Shown here piece after piece: positions 36,101 through 47,396 of a stretch of DNA of 64,000 nucleotides. This DNA comes from Lingula anatina (taxonomy: Eukaryota > Animalia > Brachiopoda): contig CM120647.1 of NCBI GenBank assembly GCA_051362555.1, forward strand, positions 13,616,651-13,680,650, in the 5' to 3' direction. A program made the translations under genes and the position numbers. The first letter of the stretch is position 1, and the number at the start of each line of letters is the position of its first letter. Below the pieces are notes generated by a model. It had not been told where the DNA came from. It ran no database searches and worked only from the letters and a program-made list of their open reading frames with translations.

Positions 36101-38386
36101 TCCATGTAAAAAACTCTTCTTCAGGACATCATACTGGCAGTTGCTCATAACCTTAAGGTCTAAAAAAGCAAATCAAAATAATAATAATTTATTAAGATTG
36201 CAACCCAGTGGGTTGAAGTTGTACATAGTGTTAAGAAAATTATAATGAAAATAAAGTGAATATTTGCTTGAATAAAACTGAGTTAAAAGACTGCTAATTG
36301 AACTTTAAAATTATTGTACTTAGGATAAAAGACAACATAATACTATTGGAAATTTAAAAGTGCATACGGAATAAAAGAGCATCAGAATCTGTCGGTCTTA
36401 AATTGTGGCACTTTGTTACTATTGTTTGATCTTAAAAGACGATTGGATTGATCAATAAAGATGTGATTCAGTTTGTCAGAGGATTCAGTTATTTTGTAAA
36501 AGAAAGTTTTGCACAGATCTCTTCGTTTATCTAAAGTATACATATTTGCCAGGTTCAGGGTTTCATCATAGTGTAGGTCAGGGAAAATAATCTTCAAAGC
36601 ACGAGTTTGGTCAGCCTCTTAGAGTTTGCATTGCTCTATAGTTAGTCCTGGATGCCACACAGGGCAGACATATTCTAGAATTGAGTGCACAATACTTTGG
36701 TAAAGCTTAGCTCGTTTCAGTTGACGGGGAAAATAGTCTTGCATTATGTTTACATTATGTGTCGCCAATTTGGAAAAAAAATTGATAAAAGAGAAATCAT
36801 GCACCTATAATGCCTAATATATGAGGAGTGAATATCAGCTTATTAAAATTCTGCTTACTCTAAAGACATGTTTTAGTCCCATGTTGGATCATCAGGATCC
36901 TTTAATTCCCTCTTCTTCAGCATCATCCTCCTCCTCCATCTGCACTTCTTCCAGTTCAGGCATACCATAGGAAAAAGTTACCTTGATACTGCAACCAAAA
37001 AAAAAAAGCAACAGTACATAAAATAAGATAATCAAGTTTGAGAAAAATCATGTAAAAACATAACTGAAATAAGTATAAATGCCATTTTTCTCAATATAAT
37101 CACCTTAAATTATCTACACTGTCATCTTCAACTGCACTAGTATTAACTACAACTTAATTTTGAAGTTTCTTGATCACTTCATATTGGTTTAATCTCCGAA
37201 ATACTGGTTGAACTCTAAAGTTAAAATTGTATGATCTAAATTATTACTCTGGACTATTTAATACATTAGAGTGACCAAACATAAACATGCAATATCCCCT
37301 TTCTGATTTATTTATTTTTAATGTAAAAAGGAGACAAATTGTCTTTAAAATACTACTCAAAGATATTTTCAATTATAGTTAACATGCCATTTAACACTGA
37401 GTTAAACTTAGATACAATAACAGCTTCTGCACATTCATTTTGGGATTTAGATGCCTAAAGAAATAGCATCTTGGTCATATGTCTTAATTACTGTGGTATG
37501 CCTAGATGTTAGAGGCACAAGAAATGTGCCCTCGGTAAGTCAAAAATTCGCCCGGTCATTGTAATGTACATGTAATGAGACTATAGTATCTCCCACCATG
37601 TCCGTTTCTATTTAAACTTTCTTTGCTCTATAAACTAACCCAAACCCTGTCAGAGTCGACATATGAGCAACACTTGCAATTTCTGTCATCGATACCACTC
37701 ATATTAGTTACAATTTCATGGCATATTTTGACAGACGAGCCTGACAATCGTTAAGAAATACAACGAACACAAGTAAATAAACATAAATCTCTGTGCTTAA
37801 TAAATATTTTCACTGGTGTCTTATCTCAAACATTATTGTAAATGGTACTCACAAATCCAGTAAATACTTCGCGGCCAGGCCAGGCGATTCTTCGTATCCG
37901 CATGGCCACCCAAGCAGGTTTTCATCTGCCTTCTTCCTCGCCGGTGTTTATTGTTTGCCTGTCGTTCATTTGCTGATACACTGTTTTACGCATGTTTTTT
38001 CTGGTGCTGATTTTTGTGAAGGCTGTTTCTTTTTTTCTTTTTGTTATCTGTCTTCGCTTCTTAGAAGGACTCCCAGCATAATTGAGCCTCCTGTGCCATG
38101 TTGGCTTTTCCCGGCAGCTTGAACTGGTTGTAACTAGGTCGCAATACGAGAATCTCGCGATATCCGGAAGTCTAGAGAGCTCAATAATGAAAATGGAGGT
38201 GGTTGTTGGTAAACCTCCGCTTAAGCGGAGGTTTTCTTTTTATTGTATTTTCCAAAAATGTTACAGAGCGATGGCGAGTGCCGGGAATGATAGATTAAAG
38301 GTTGGTAAATCGCGGAAAAGTACTGTTAACCTCGGGATAAATCGGGATAAATCAATTTTGGCGCGAAAATCCTCTTTTGTGTCCTT
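33192..38386. mobile_element. 5.2-kb Kolobok-like DNA transposon (TTAA TSD) with decayed intron-containing cargo
   Basis: TTAA at 33188-33191 and 38387-38390. Imperfect TIR AGGGACAAAAAATAGGATTT / AAGGACACAAAAGAGGATTT. Removal restores L1 endonuclease IDQCII-NSDYVF. Confidence 0.8.
36176..36740 (-). mobile_element. 5'-truncated CR1/L2-group LINE 3' fragment inside the Kolobok-like element
   Basis: LYQSIVHSILEYVCPVWHPGLT, RALKIIFPDLHYDE...KTDRF. AATAAA and (ATT)n tail at ~36176-36195. Confidence 0.75.
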
Positions 38387-39417
38387 TTAATTATACACTG
38401 ATCAATATACTCATAAAATCCTGGCGTGTCCTTGTTTGGACCATATATATTGATTAGCAGCAAATTAAATTTCTCAAACAGTAAAATTTCTAAAATAAGA
38501 ATATTTCCAATAGCATCACATTTACTTGTTAACACTTTATACTCAAAAGTATTAATAAACAATATCGCCACGCCTCGAGCATTTGATCTGATTCAAGTTT
38601 AATTTGAACTACACTACCCTGAGTGTCAGGGCACAGTAAAGCTATTCAAATAGCTTTACTGGCCCTGGGGAACAGAGACAATGTTCGGTATCCGTCATCC
38701 AAAAAGAACTGCTCCGCAGTGAATCTGCAGTTGAATGTCATTAGTCCAAAATGAAACATAAAACAGATTTGATTTTGCTTTATTTAATTTTATTTACTGT
38801 GTTTAAGATGTAAATTGAAAAATAAACAATGAATTTTAAAATAAAAAGATGTATCCCAATTTTTTTTTTTTTTTTTTTTTTGCTTAACAAAAGCATTTGC
38901 TATTTCAATTTCAGTGTCTCTGCCCTTTCACTCAGCACCTCTGTGCGCACTACTGGGTTCTTCTCTCGTGCAGCAATGTCGATGGCCAGTCAATTCAACG
39001 TTGATATAACGGGAATGTTGACGGGTTGAAGTGTTCTTAAGTCTTGCTTTCAAACATCCAAGCAACCGTGAAATACAGACTCCATTAAGATCTCCTGCCA
39101 AGGTCCTGCATGTCTCAAACTTCCAACACGTGATCCTGCCTGTCTCTAACATTCAAAATGTCTGCCCAACCCAGCATGGTAAAAGGTAGCAGGCCACGTG
39201 ACAATATCTTACCTATGCTAATCATGTGTGGATGGACTAATATTGTGCTAGTTGCGCTGCTGGCGCACTTTTTGCACCTACACGTTGATTGTTGAATGAT
39301 GTATGCTATTAGATGATTGCAATTGTTTCGTGAGTGAAAACTGAAAATGTTTTAATCGCTGGTTTCATTATTAGCAATTGTACAAAAGTGAAGTGTATCA
39401 TTCCTTTCTTTTTGTAG

Positions 39418-39867
39418 AGTAAGTTCATCAAGTGGAACAACATATTCTTGAGGACTCCTTGTGTCAAATTTTACACTCATAGCTTATCGTATTTCACGTT
39501 TCTTCTGATCCTGACGATGTACTTTTTGCCCGATGACAAAGCTAACGTCGCTCATGCCACAGATTTCCGATGGTCCGAGTATGCAATATTTATCTACGTG
39601 ATAGGTAAGACACAACTACATTGAAAGTAATGCCAACCCCATGCTATTAATATGACAGTACGCACCAGATTTATCTGCGATAAAATTAAATAGGTACAGT
39701 TTCTCGGAGGCAAATTTTTGATCAACAAATCCCTGTAATTACACTGTGTACTAAAATATCAATTGTTTTCAACTGTTATCGTGAGTAACTGTTGAAAAAG
39801 AAATTTATATTTCATATTTAGCAATGCTCGCTTACTAGACCGATGTCTATATTGGATTGCTTTATTG

Positions 39868-39938
<71 letters not shown>

Positions 39939-41411
39939 CATGTTTTATTTAATCTTATAGGTTATTTTTGGGCTGAGGTTAAGCAGTTGTGTCGACAGGG
40001 AACGCGCTACTTCCAGAACGCCTTCAACATCCTGGATATCCTTTTGGTTATATTGTATTGTGCCTCGTTTGTCAGTCGTATAGTCTCGATTGTCAAGACA
40101 AGACAAGCCGCATTAGGAGTAAACCAAAATACAACAGAGGCGTACACGTATTATTACCAGATGGGTTGGTGTAGATTGTTTAATTGAACTATGCATAATT
40201 AAAATTGTGTAAGTTATGACAAATGTTTTAGTTTTCCTAATAGTGTTAGTATGTGTTTCTTATCCTCTTTTTTAAAAACTTAGTTGATTGTCCATTAGAT
40301 CTTAATTAAGTTTTTGATAAATGATTGTCCGTGTGTACCATTCTTACTCTTTTTGCATTTTAGGTCGATTTGAATGGGAACGAAATGATCCAGAAATTAT
40401 ATCAGATGCCCTGTTTGCGTTGGCGAACATCATTAGTTTTTCTAGACTGGTGTATATTTTACCGACTTTCGAGTCTGTCGGTCCACTTCTAGTTGTTTTG
40501 GGTAAGCGCGCATATGATTATTAAGGCAATTATGCCTTTGTCACGAATAAACCTACATACATTAATAAGGATTCGTTAGTCAGTAAGGTTAATTAGTCAA
40601 GGTTTTGGCAAAATAGTATGTCACTCTTTCCTTCAATTAGCGACAGTAGTTGCGATGTCAATCTTAGAATGGTAGATGCCTTTTGTTTGTATTAATCTTT
40701 TTCATTGTAAGTAATTGACTCATGTTTTTTTTTTTTTAATTACACGTGTCTTGTCAACTATTAGGCAAGATGATCACAGATGTCTTTCGCTTTGCTGCCT
40801 TGCTGCTGATTGTGTTCATAGCCTTCACGGTTGGACTGCACAATCACTACCATTTCTATGAGGGTCAAACACTCCCTGATGGGTCGGAGACTAATTCTGC
40901 ATTCCACGGGTAATTATTTATAGTCCCCATGCTATGAAAACAGGTTCTAGTATGTTTATTGTAAAAATTGGAATTTTAATTTACTTCCATTATTCTATTT
41001 TAAAGGGATAATAATTCTTCGTTTCGGCAAAAAATGAATTATTTCCCTGGAGTAAACAACAATTTTCACATACTTACCAATGGTTAATGAATCCATTTTT
41101 ACATTCAAAGTTAATCCCTGTTTTTTTTTCCTAAGAAAGTTTTTTTTGTTAAAATCTCTTAAGAGGCTTTAACAGAGAATAGCCATCAATGGAGGTCACG
41201 TGGTCTAAAGACAATCTGAGATATCAGAATAATAGCTATAAGTTTATGTTGTAAACAGAATTTATCATATTTCTATGAGTTATTCACAATGTTTTTATTG
41301 TAAAATATAGATCTCATACTAAGAGTTATTTTCCCTTTAACGACAAATAATATTTTACAATTTGACTTAATGAACCGTTTGAAGTCGAGCACGTCTGTGT
41401 ACATTTATTTC

Positions 41412-41443
<32 letters not shown>

Positions 41444-41771
41444 TATGCAGCGAAACGTCCTATTGTGTTTGCTTATATGCTAACATAATGTCCCGCACAT
41501 TCGTATTTTTGCAGGTTTTTCAACACATTTCGCACACTGATGTGGTCCATCTTTGGCTTGGGGGACCCCAGTTCCGTAGAAATCCACATGAAGCACGCGT
41601 TTGTAGAGATAGTGGGAATCATTATGGTGGCTACATTCCATATTGTCATCGTTATAATGTTGATCAATATGCTCATTGCTATGATGACAATCTCTTTTGA
41701 AGCTATTCATGTAAGTATGAGATGTTGAATAGAATCATTAATGTTTAATGTATTTTGTCTAATAACTTTAA

Positions 41772-41826
<55 letters not shown>

Positions 41827-43159
41827 GAAACGGAGCAGTATTATGCATGCACGGTATATAATCTATGTGATTAAAATTATGGCCAAAGAAGTACGATCAA
41901 TTATTTTTGTACAACAGCTTCATGCACCAAACATGCTGTAATTCCTTAATTCAAAATATTTACAGAACGACGCAGACATCGAATGGAAGGCCGCGAGGAC
42001 AAGGTTATGGTTAGGATATATAGGGGAAGGATCTACTCTCCCCATCCCATTTAACTTAATACCCAGCCCCAAATGGTTGTTTTATCTCTTCGCCTGCAAG
42101 AAATGCGAGGCACCTAGTGAAAAGGTGTGTCACGTCTTTAATGATAAAAATAATAAATAATTAAAATGATAAATTTTTATAAGTCATAAAATGAGAAATT
42201 GTATTTTTTTTTCAAATAAATTTTGGAAGTGGATTTTACTGTCGTATCAAGGTAATATTGAAAAAATGTCTGTAGGTAACATTAAACCCCAGAGCATAGA
42301 ATTTTATTGTGCTTTCAATAAGGATAAATTGTAGCTTGAATAGTATAGCTTATATAGTTTAAATAGAATAGCAAACTGTGGGGGTTTGGGGAAAATAAAC
42401 TGAAATTGTAGTCAATGAACTGTGACTGTTGAAACTGTTATTTATCTTCAACATTTCGATTCTAAAGAAGTGAATAACTTAATATAGTATTATGAAATGG
42501 AATGTATTATTCCAACCATAATCAACAGTGACAGGCCTTTTCTAAATTACATAAAAGCTATATTAAAACTTACTTAAAACAACATGGAACGACATTTTGG
42601 AGGTGGATTGATTTGATAGATGAGCCCATTTTCGAATTTTAAGTAATCCAGGCTTTTCTGGCTTCAGAAAGAAATAGAGAAAAGCAACGAGGATTATGAA
42701 GGCATCATGGAAACTCTTAAAGAAAGGTTCAAAAAGAAAGCTGAAGAGGAGCAGAAAAAACATGGCTTGACATCCACCCGGACGGCGGGACCTACAGGTA
42801 CTTGTAAAAAATTTAATATAAAAAAGGTCTCTATCTGCATGACATCAGCAGTTGAGACGTCCATATGACTGCGTGTACGTGTGCTCCCTACTCTCCCCTT
42901 CTCTCTCCTCCTCTGTGCGTTTGTGAGATAGAAAGGGAGAAACAGGGAGAAAGTGCGTGAAACATGAGATGAGACACGTTTGTTTGCCAGTCAACATGCG
43001 TGTTTGAGCCGGATGGAATATATAGGCAGTGAGCATCGTAGTAGTAGAAGTTCCTGCATAAACGCACCCTTCAAGGATTTTTTTATAAAAGAACTACAAT
43101 ACTAAATTGGTGCTTTTGATCCGTTGATTTTTCTTCCAGCCAAAGGGACAGCGGGATGA
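39418..43159 (+). CDS. TRPC-like cation channel paralog A, exons 5-12 only (S1-S6, pore, TRP domain)
   Basis: GT-AG exons 39418-39604, 39961-40164, 40364-40501, 40765-40909, 41515-41710, 41966-42124, 42668-42797 and 43140-43159 join in one frame. Motifs [49 protein letters not shown]. Exon lengths match paralog B except an in-frame 18-bp difference in exon 11. Confidence 0.9.
39870..39936. repeat. (AT)n microsatellite in an intron
   Basis: Directly visible; source of the spurious YIYIYI ORFs. Confidence 0.95.
41772..41823. repeat. (AAT)n microsatellite
   Basis: Directly visible. Confidence 0.95.
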
Positions 43160-43815
43160 TGAAGACATCAGCAAATGGAACGTCGGGATGGTGAAGACAT
43201 GAACCAGTGAAACAGCGGTTGATGACTGCATCACATTCTTTATTGCCATTGCTTAAGCGCGTTTACGTATTATTCGTACATAACGATCCATTTTAGTTTA
43301 CATACAATTAATTTGTTTCTACCGGTATAAATGTGGTCCCTCTAAAAGATAATTATAACTGTAGTGATATAATCCTGCATTGTTCGTATTAACACGCATT
43401 CGTCGTGCATTTACTTCATTGCCTGGTTTATACCTTAGTGTATATAATGAGTATAGAGTAGTCACAGTATTAGCATTAGAACATATCTGCTTTTTATATA
43501 AAAGTAAAAAAAAGAAAAAAAAAAGCTCAGTCACTGAAAGTAAAGCTTTTGTATGCGGAATTTTCCTAACCGGTTTTTAATTACACTTTTTAATATAGTG
43601 AACATGTATAGCTACTTTCTATACAACCGTTTCGTCTCATTTTTTTTCAATGTTTTTAGCGGGTGAACATGTGTAGGGTGTGTATGTTTTGATTGAGATG
43701 TTAAGGGGTTCAAAGTGTTTAGCTGCCTAACATGTTTTGCACCGGGGGCTCTGCATGGATCCGTGGGAAATATGAAAAAAAAGTAACTACATCAAGTCTG
43801 CAATATATATATATG

Positions 43816-43876
<61 letters not shown>

Positions 43877-43880
<4 letters not shown>

Positions 43881-45536
43881 CTTGACATTTAATATGGAAT
43901 ATTTCAGTTTCGAAGGTATACCTAGGTAAAAATACGTTCTTTTTTCAAAAAACTCCTATCTCATATAAGATTTGTGAATGTAAAAGTGTGCAGTCAGGTG
44001 TGTCACTACCAATTAACTGACTTTCATGCCTGTTGCGCTGCTACATTATGTAATTTGCAGTGATTTAATTGGGTAGTGTTCCTTTGGGCTGATCAAAGCT
44101 TGGCTTAGGCAAAGCTTGGTTCTGTCAAAAAAGTATCCATTTTTCGGCAACTATTGCATAGAAGAATTCGAAATTTTGCATGCAAGCCGTCAGTTTTGCA
44201 GTGCGTACGATGAGTCAAGTAGTGCATTACAAATTTGTTAATCTAAGGCAGAATGGCGCGAAAAAGACAGACATAACCAGACAGATCATAGCGCCAAACG
44301 GAACGGTCCCCACAGTTTTATAGAGTAATGCCCAGCCTGATGTACCTACACAGAGGTCACCCCCAAAGTATCAAAATTTTACCTACAGGGTACAGGACCC
44401 ACTGTCTTTCGGGATACGCTGCTGCAACTAAACAAAAAACACAGTCCGTTCAGAACGAGGGGTAAATTGCCACTAAAATGCGTTTTTCAAAGCCCTTAGC
44501 GAACACCAAACTGGTTTTAGCAGGTAAGAACACCAAATGACCTCCGAGGTACCCACTGTATACAGCAAAACATCGTCGTCTGTTTCTCTAATGAATTGGG
44601 GGCCATGAACGATTCTGGGTAGAACACTGAAACTGCGTGGCTTTCTTTATTGAGGTCAGATTTCACCTGTACCGCCCAATTAGTCAAAACAGAGTTTACA
44701 GATATTCAGAAGAGGCCTACGACGAAGCATATGCCGGGTCTAAAGTGACAAGGGTGATTGACAGCGTCAGTATTTGGAGTAGATTCCACATTGGTGCCAA
44801 AACACCAGTGGTAGTCATCGACGAAAACCTGAACCAGATCAAATAAAGGAATAATCTCGGAACCACTTGACTATCATTTGATAGGGAGCACCTTAGGAAC
44901 AATTCTAAGTTGCACGATGAGGTTGCAGGTTCACACAGAGCACTTTTAATAGCAGATAACTTACAGAACCAAGGGAATGAGCAGCTGCCCTGGTCATCAA
45001 AATCGCCACATTTGAGCCACATAGACAATATTTCGGTAGACCATTACTCACCAATCAACTGCCTACATGTCCTACAACAAAACTGGACCAGATTGGACAA
45101 TTTTAGACCGATGCCTGGAATGCTATTCCAGATTGAACTCTAAAAACCTACCCCCAAGAAATGCCTTGCCGCTTGAGAGCGCTGGCAACAGCCACGAAGA
45201 GGCCAGGAGTAACAACGACCATTACTGTGACTAGCAACTGACATGAGGGTCTTTTGTGGAGCGTATTACCCTTTTACAGACAATAATTTGGAAAATATGG
45301 AGATCCAAAATATATATTTTAATGGGAGTCGTATGACATAGAATAGGCAATGTGTTTTTGTTTGCTTCTCTGGCGAATTCCATTAATGAACTGATGTCAC
45401 AATGACATCAAAGAGATAATTTTAAGTTATTAAAACACGATTTTAATCCTTATTTTCATTTATCAGTCAGCAAAATAGGAATAAACTGATAAAAAATTAT
45501 TTCGAAAAAAATATTCCATATTAAATGTCAAGTCTG
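43877..45536 (+). mobile_element. Tc1-like element with decayed transposase, copy 2, inside a (TA)n microsatellite
   Basis: Same TIR CAGACTTGACATTTAATATGGAATATTT at both ends. (TA)n at ~43817-43876 and 45537-45554. Reverse complement of 29946-31607 with scattered substitutions. Confidence 0.92.
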
Positions 45537-45604
45537 TATATATATATATATATATTGTGGTAGGAAAGATAAAACTCTTTTTAAATCGGCTGGCTTTTAG
45601 TTTT

Positions 45605-46010
45605 TTTATTGAACTTAGGTAATGTTAATTACAGTATATAATACTTCTTTTTTACCCCACGCTTACTTCTCTCTCTCACACACACATACAAACACACATA
45701 ACTACTACTGATGGCTCATCATTTTCATTAATAAATAAGATATTGAAAAGCACAGCATTTTTTCTAACACAAATAGCATTCGATGTCCCTAAAGGACAGA
45801 TGTCCCCCATTTTTTGATTTACTGTAAATGTAATATTTTACCTGTGAAATTAATAAATTCAATTTCTCATCATTATTTCCAAGAATAATATCCGATGCAG
45901 AAATATGAATATTGGCTCCCTTTTCTTCCCTAAACCAGTTTTCGATTTGCTTCCACAATTTTTTTTGCAAGATTACAATCTATGAATAGATGTTCAATTG
46001 TTTCCATCCT
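45605..46010 (-). mobile_element. Short 5'-truncated L1/Tx1-type LINE 3' end
   Basis: METIEHLFIDC...LWKQIENWF...DIILG...KYYIY (zinc-finger C-terminus). TSD TGGCTTTTAGTTTT at 45591-45604 and 46011-46024. Confidence 0.8.
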
Positions 46011-46486
46011 TGGCTTTTAGTTTTCATTTAATTTAAAATTGATGTAATGTTTGCATGTAGTCCATTCGCCAATAAGCCTAATATATATATATAAAATGTA
46101 AAACTATAATATTCAAAATTTTATAAAATTAAAGCAAACTTAAACACGTACACATTTTTGTAGTCTATAAAGCCATAGCAGGAGAGACATGCCCCCCTCC
46201 TTTCAGAGTCAAGAAGCAGTGTGATGTGCAGTAGGTGTTGACTCATGTCCAATAAAGTGAACAGTTTTCAGTTTCATGTACTAATATATACATGTATATA
46301 AATAACAAGAATAGATGACAGCGAATTATCATACATATATATTCAGCATTAGCTAGATTTAATCATTATTGTGTTAGGTAACCATGGTAACAAGTTAATT
46401 AGAATGTATTTCTGAAAATACAGTTGAAGCAATTCACAAATAATGTTTACATCAACATCTCTAAGCGTCCTAATAAAGAAAAAAAT

Positions 46487-46660
46487 GTGGCAGGCCGAGG
46501 TTTGGTTGGAAAACCAACATACAAAAATGGACAAGAAAACGTTTAACAGAGGTCACGAGGACAGCAGTTGATAGAAAGAAGTAGAGGGGCCTGGTCCATG
46601 GAGTGTACCGACAATCTTCGATAATCGGAGGATCGGGACGATGATGATGATGATGATGAA
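46487..46660 (+). mobile_element. RTE-clade LINE 3' fragment with (GAT)n tail
   Basis: GRPRFGWKTNIQKWT...TAVDRKK*RGLVHGV matches the RTE C-terminal GRPxxxW...A-DRxxWRxxV pattern. Ends in GATGATGAT. Confidence 0.7.
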
Positions 46661-47396
46661 TTCACTATAGTTATTTATAGACATACAACTATCACCTTAA
46701 TTTAAAACAACTTCTAATTTTCTTCTTTTGAATAATTTTTCAAAGTTCGTTCCATAATTGATGGCTAAATAAACTTTCCCAGAAGTAATGAACATTAGAA
46801 CATCAGGACCATGGTGGGTTACTCTGTATTATTATTTTTTTTTATTTAAGCTTCCATCATAGGTCGGTTATTTTGTTTTGTACCGATATATAGTCTGAAG
46901 ATTGTACAATTCGCACCTCTATAACTGCCGACTAACCCCAAACACAATTTGGTATTATCTGTTAGTTATATGGATGTTGTTCAAACAGTGTATAATGTTA
47001 TTTGGTAGTTATGAAAACTTTTTAAAAATATTTTTATTATGTTTTCCAGGACATTATAAAACGCTTAAAGATATCCACAATATAAAGGTATTATTTTTTC
47101 GGACCTTAGCATATCGTTAACGAAAATACACACACTGGACAAAAGAAGTGTCACCCCCTACCTCAGAGTAAAAAAAGTAGGCAGATCTTGGATACTTATA
47201 ATGCCTGGTCTACTTATAATGTGACTAATGAGTATAAAACCGCTATACCATGGAATTGTATTGTTGGTCTTGTACATGTACAGCAAATGCTATTCCTGTC
47301 TTCCTCCAATATGGCAAGATACAGGCAATTATCTAACGGTTATAGGTGCAAGTTATTAACCTGAAGAGGCGGAATATAAGCAATGTCAGAATATCG

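Larger units (their letters stand above)
12797..38590 (-). mobile_element. 5'-truncated L1/Tx1-type LINE split by three nested insertions (pieces ~12797-13924, 19560-20073, 32476-33187, 38391-38590)
   Basis: Endonuclease motifs SNARGVAIL, LINIYGPNKD, GDWN, YTW, TDHAIV. Post-RT segment WNRRNLIPLGKITVVKTLLLSK. C-terminal zinc finger CSFCEKENESIEHLFFYC. AATAAA and poly(A) at ~12794-12823. Probable TSD ATTCAA(T/G)TTTAATTT at 12782-12797 and 38591-38606. Confidence 0.85.

Noticed and set aside
35300-36160. Faint resemblance of the decayed minus-strand block to an integrase-like (HHCC/DDE) domain
   Set aside because: Too many stops and frameshifts to identify catalytic residues by eye; left unassigned.
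38900-39200. Possible decayed coding or transposase fragment upstream of TRPC paralog A
   Set aside because: No convincing motif, and no similarity to exons 1-4 of paralog B.
39759-39941. YIYIYI, poly-Y and poly-L ORFs (also 43732-43929, 54335-54595, 56751-57005)
   Set aside because: Translations of microsatellites.
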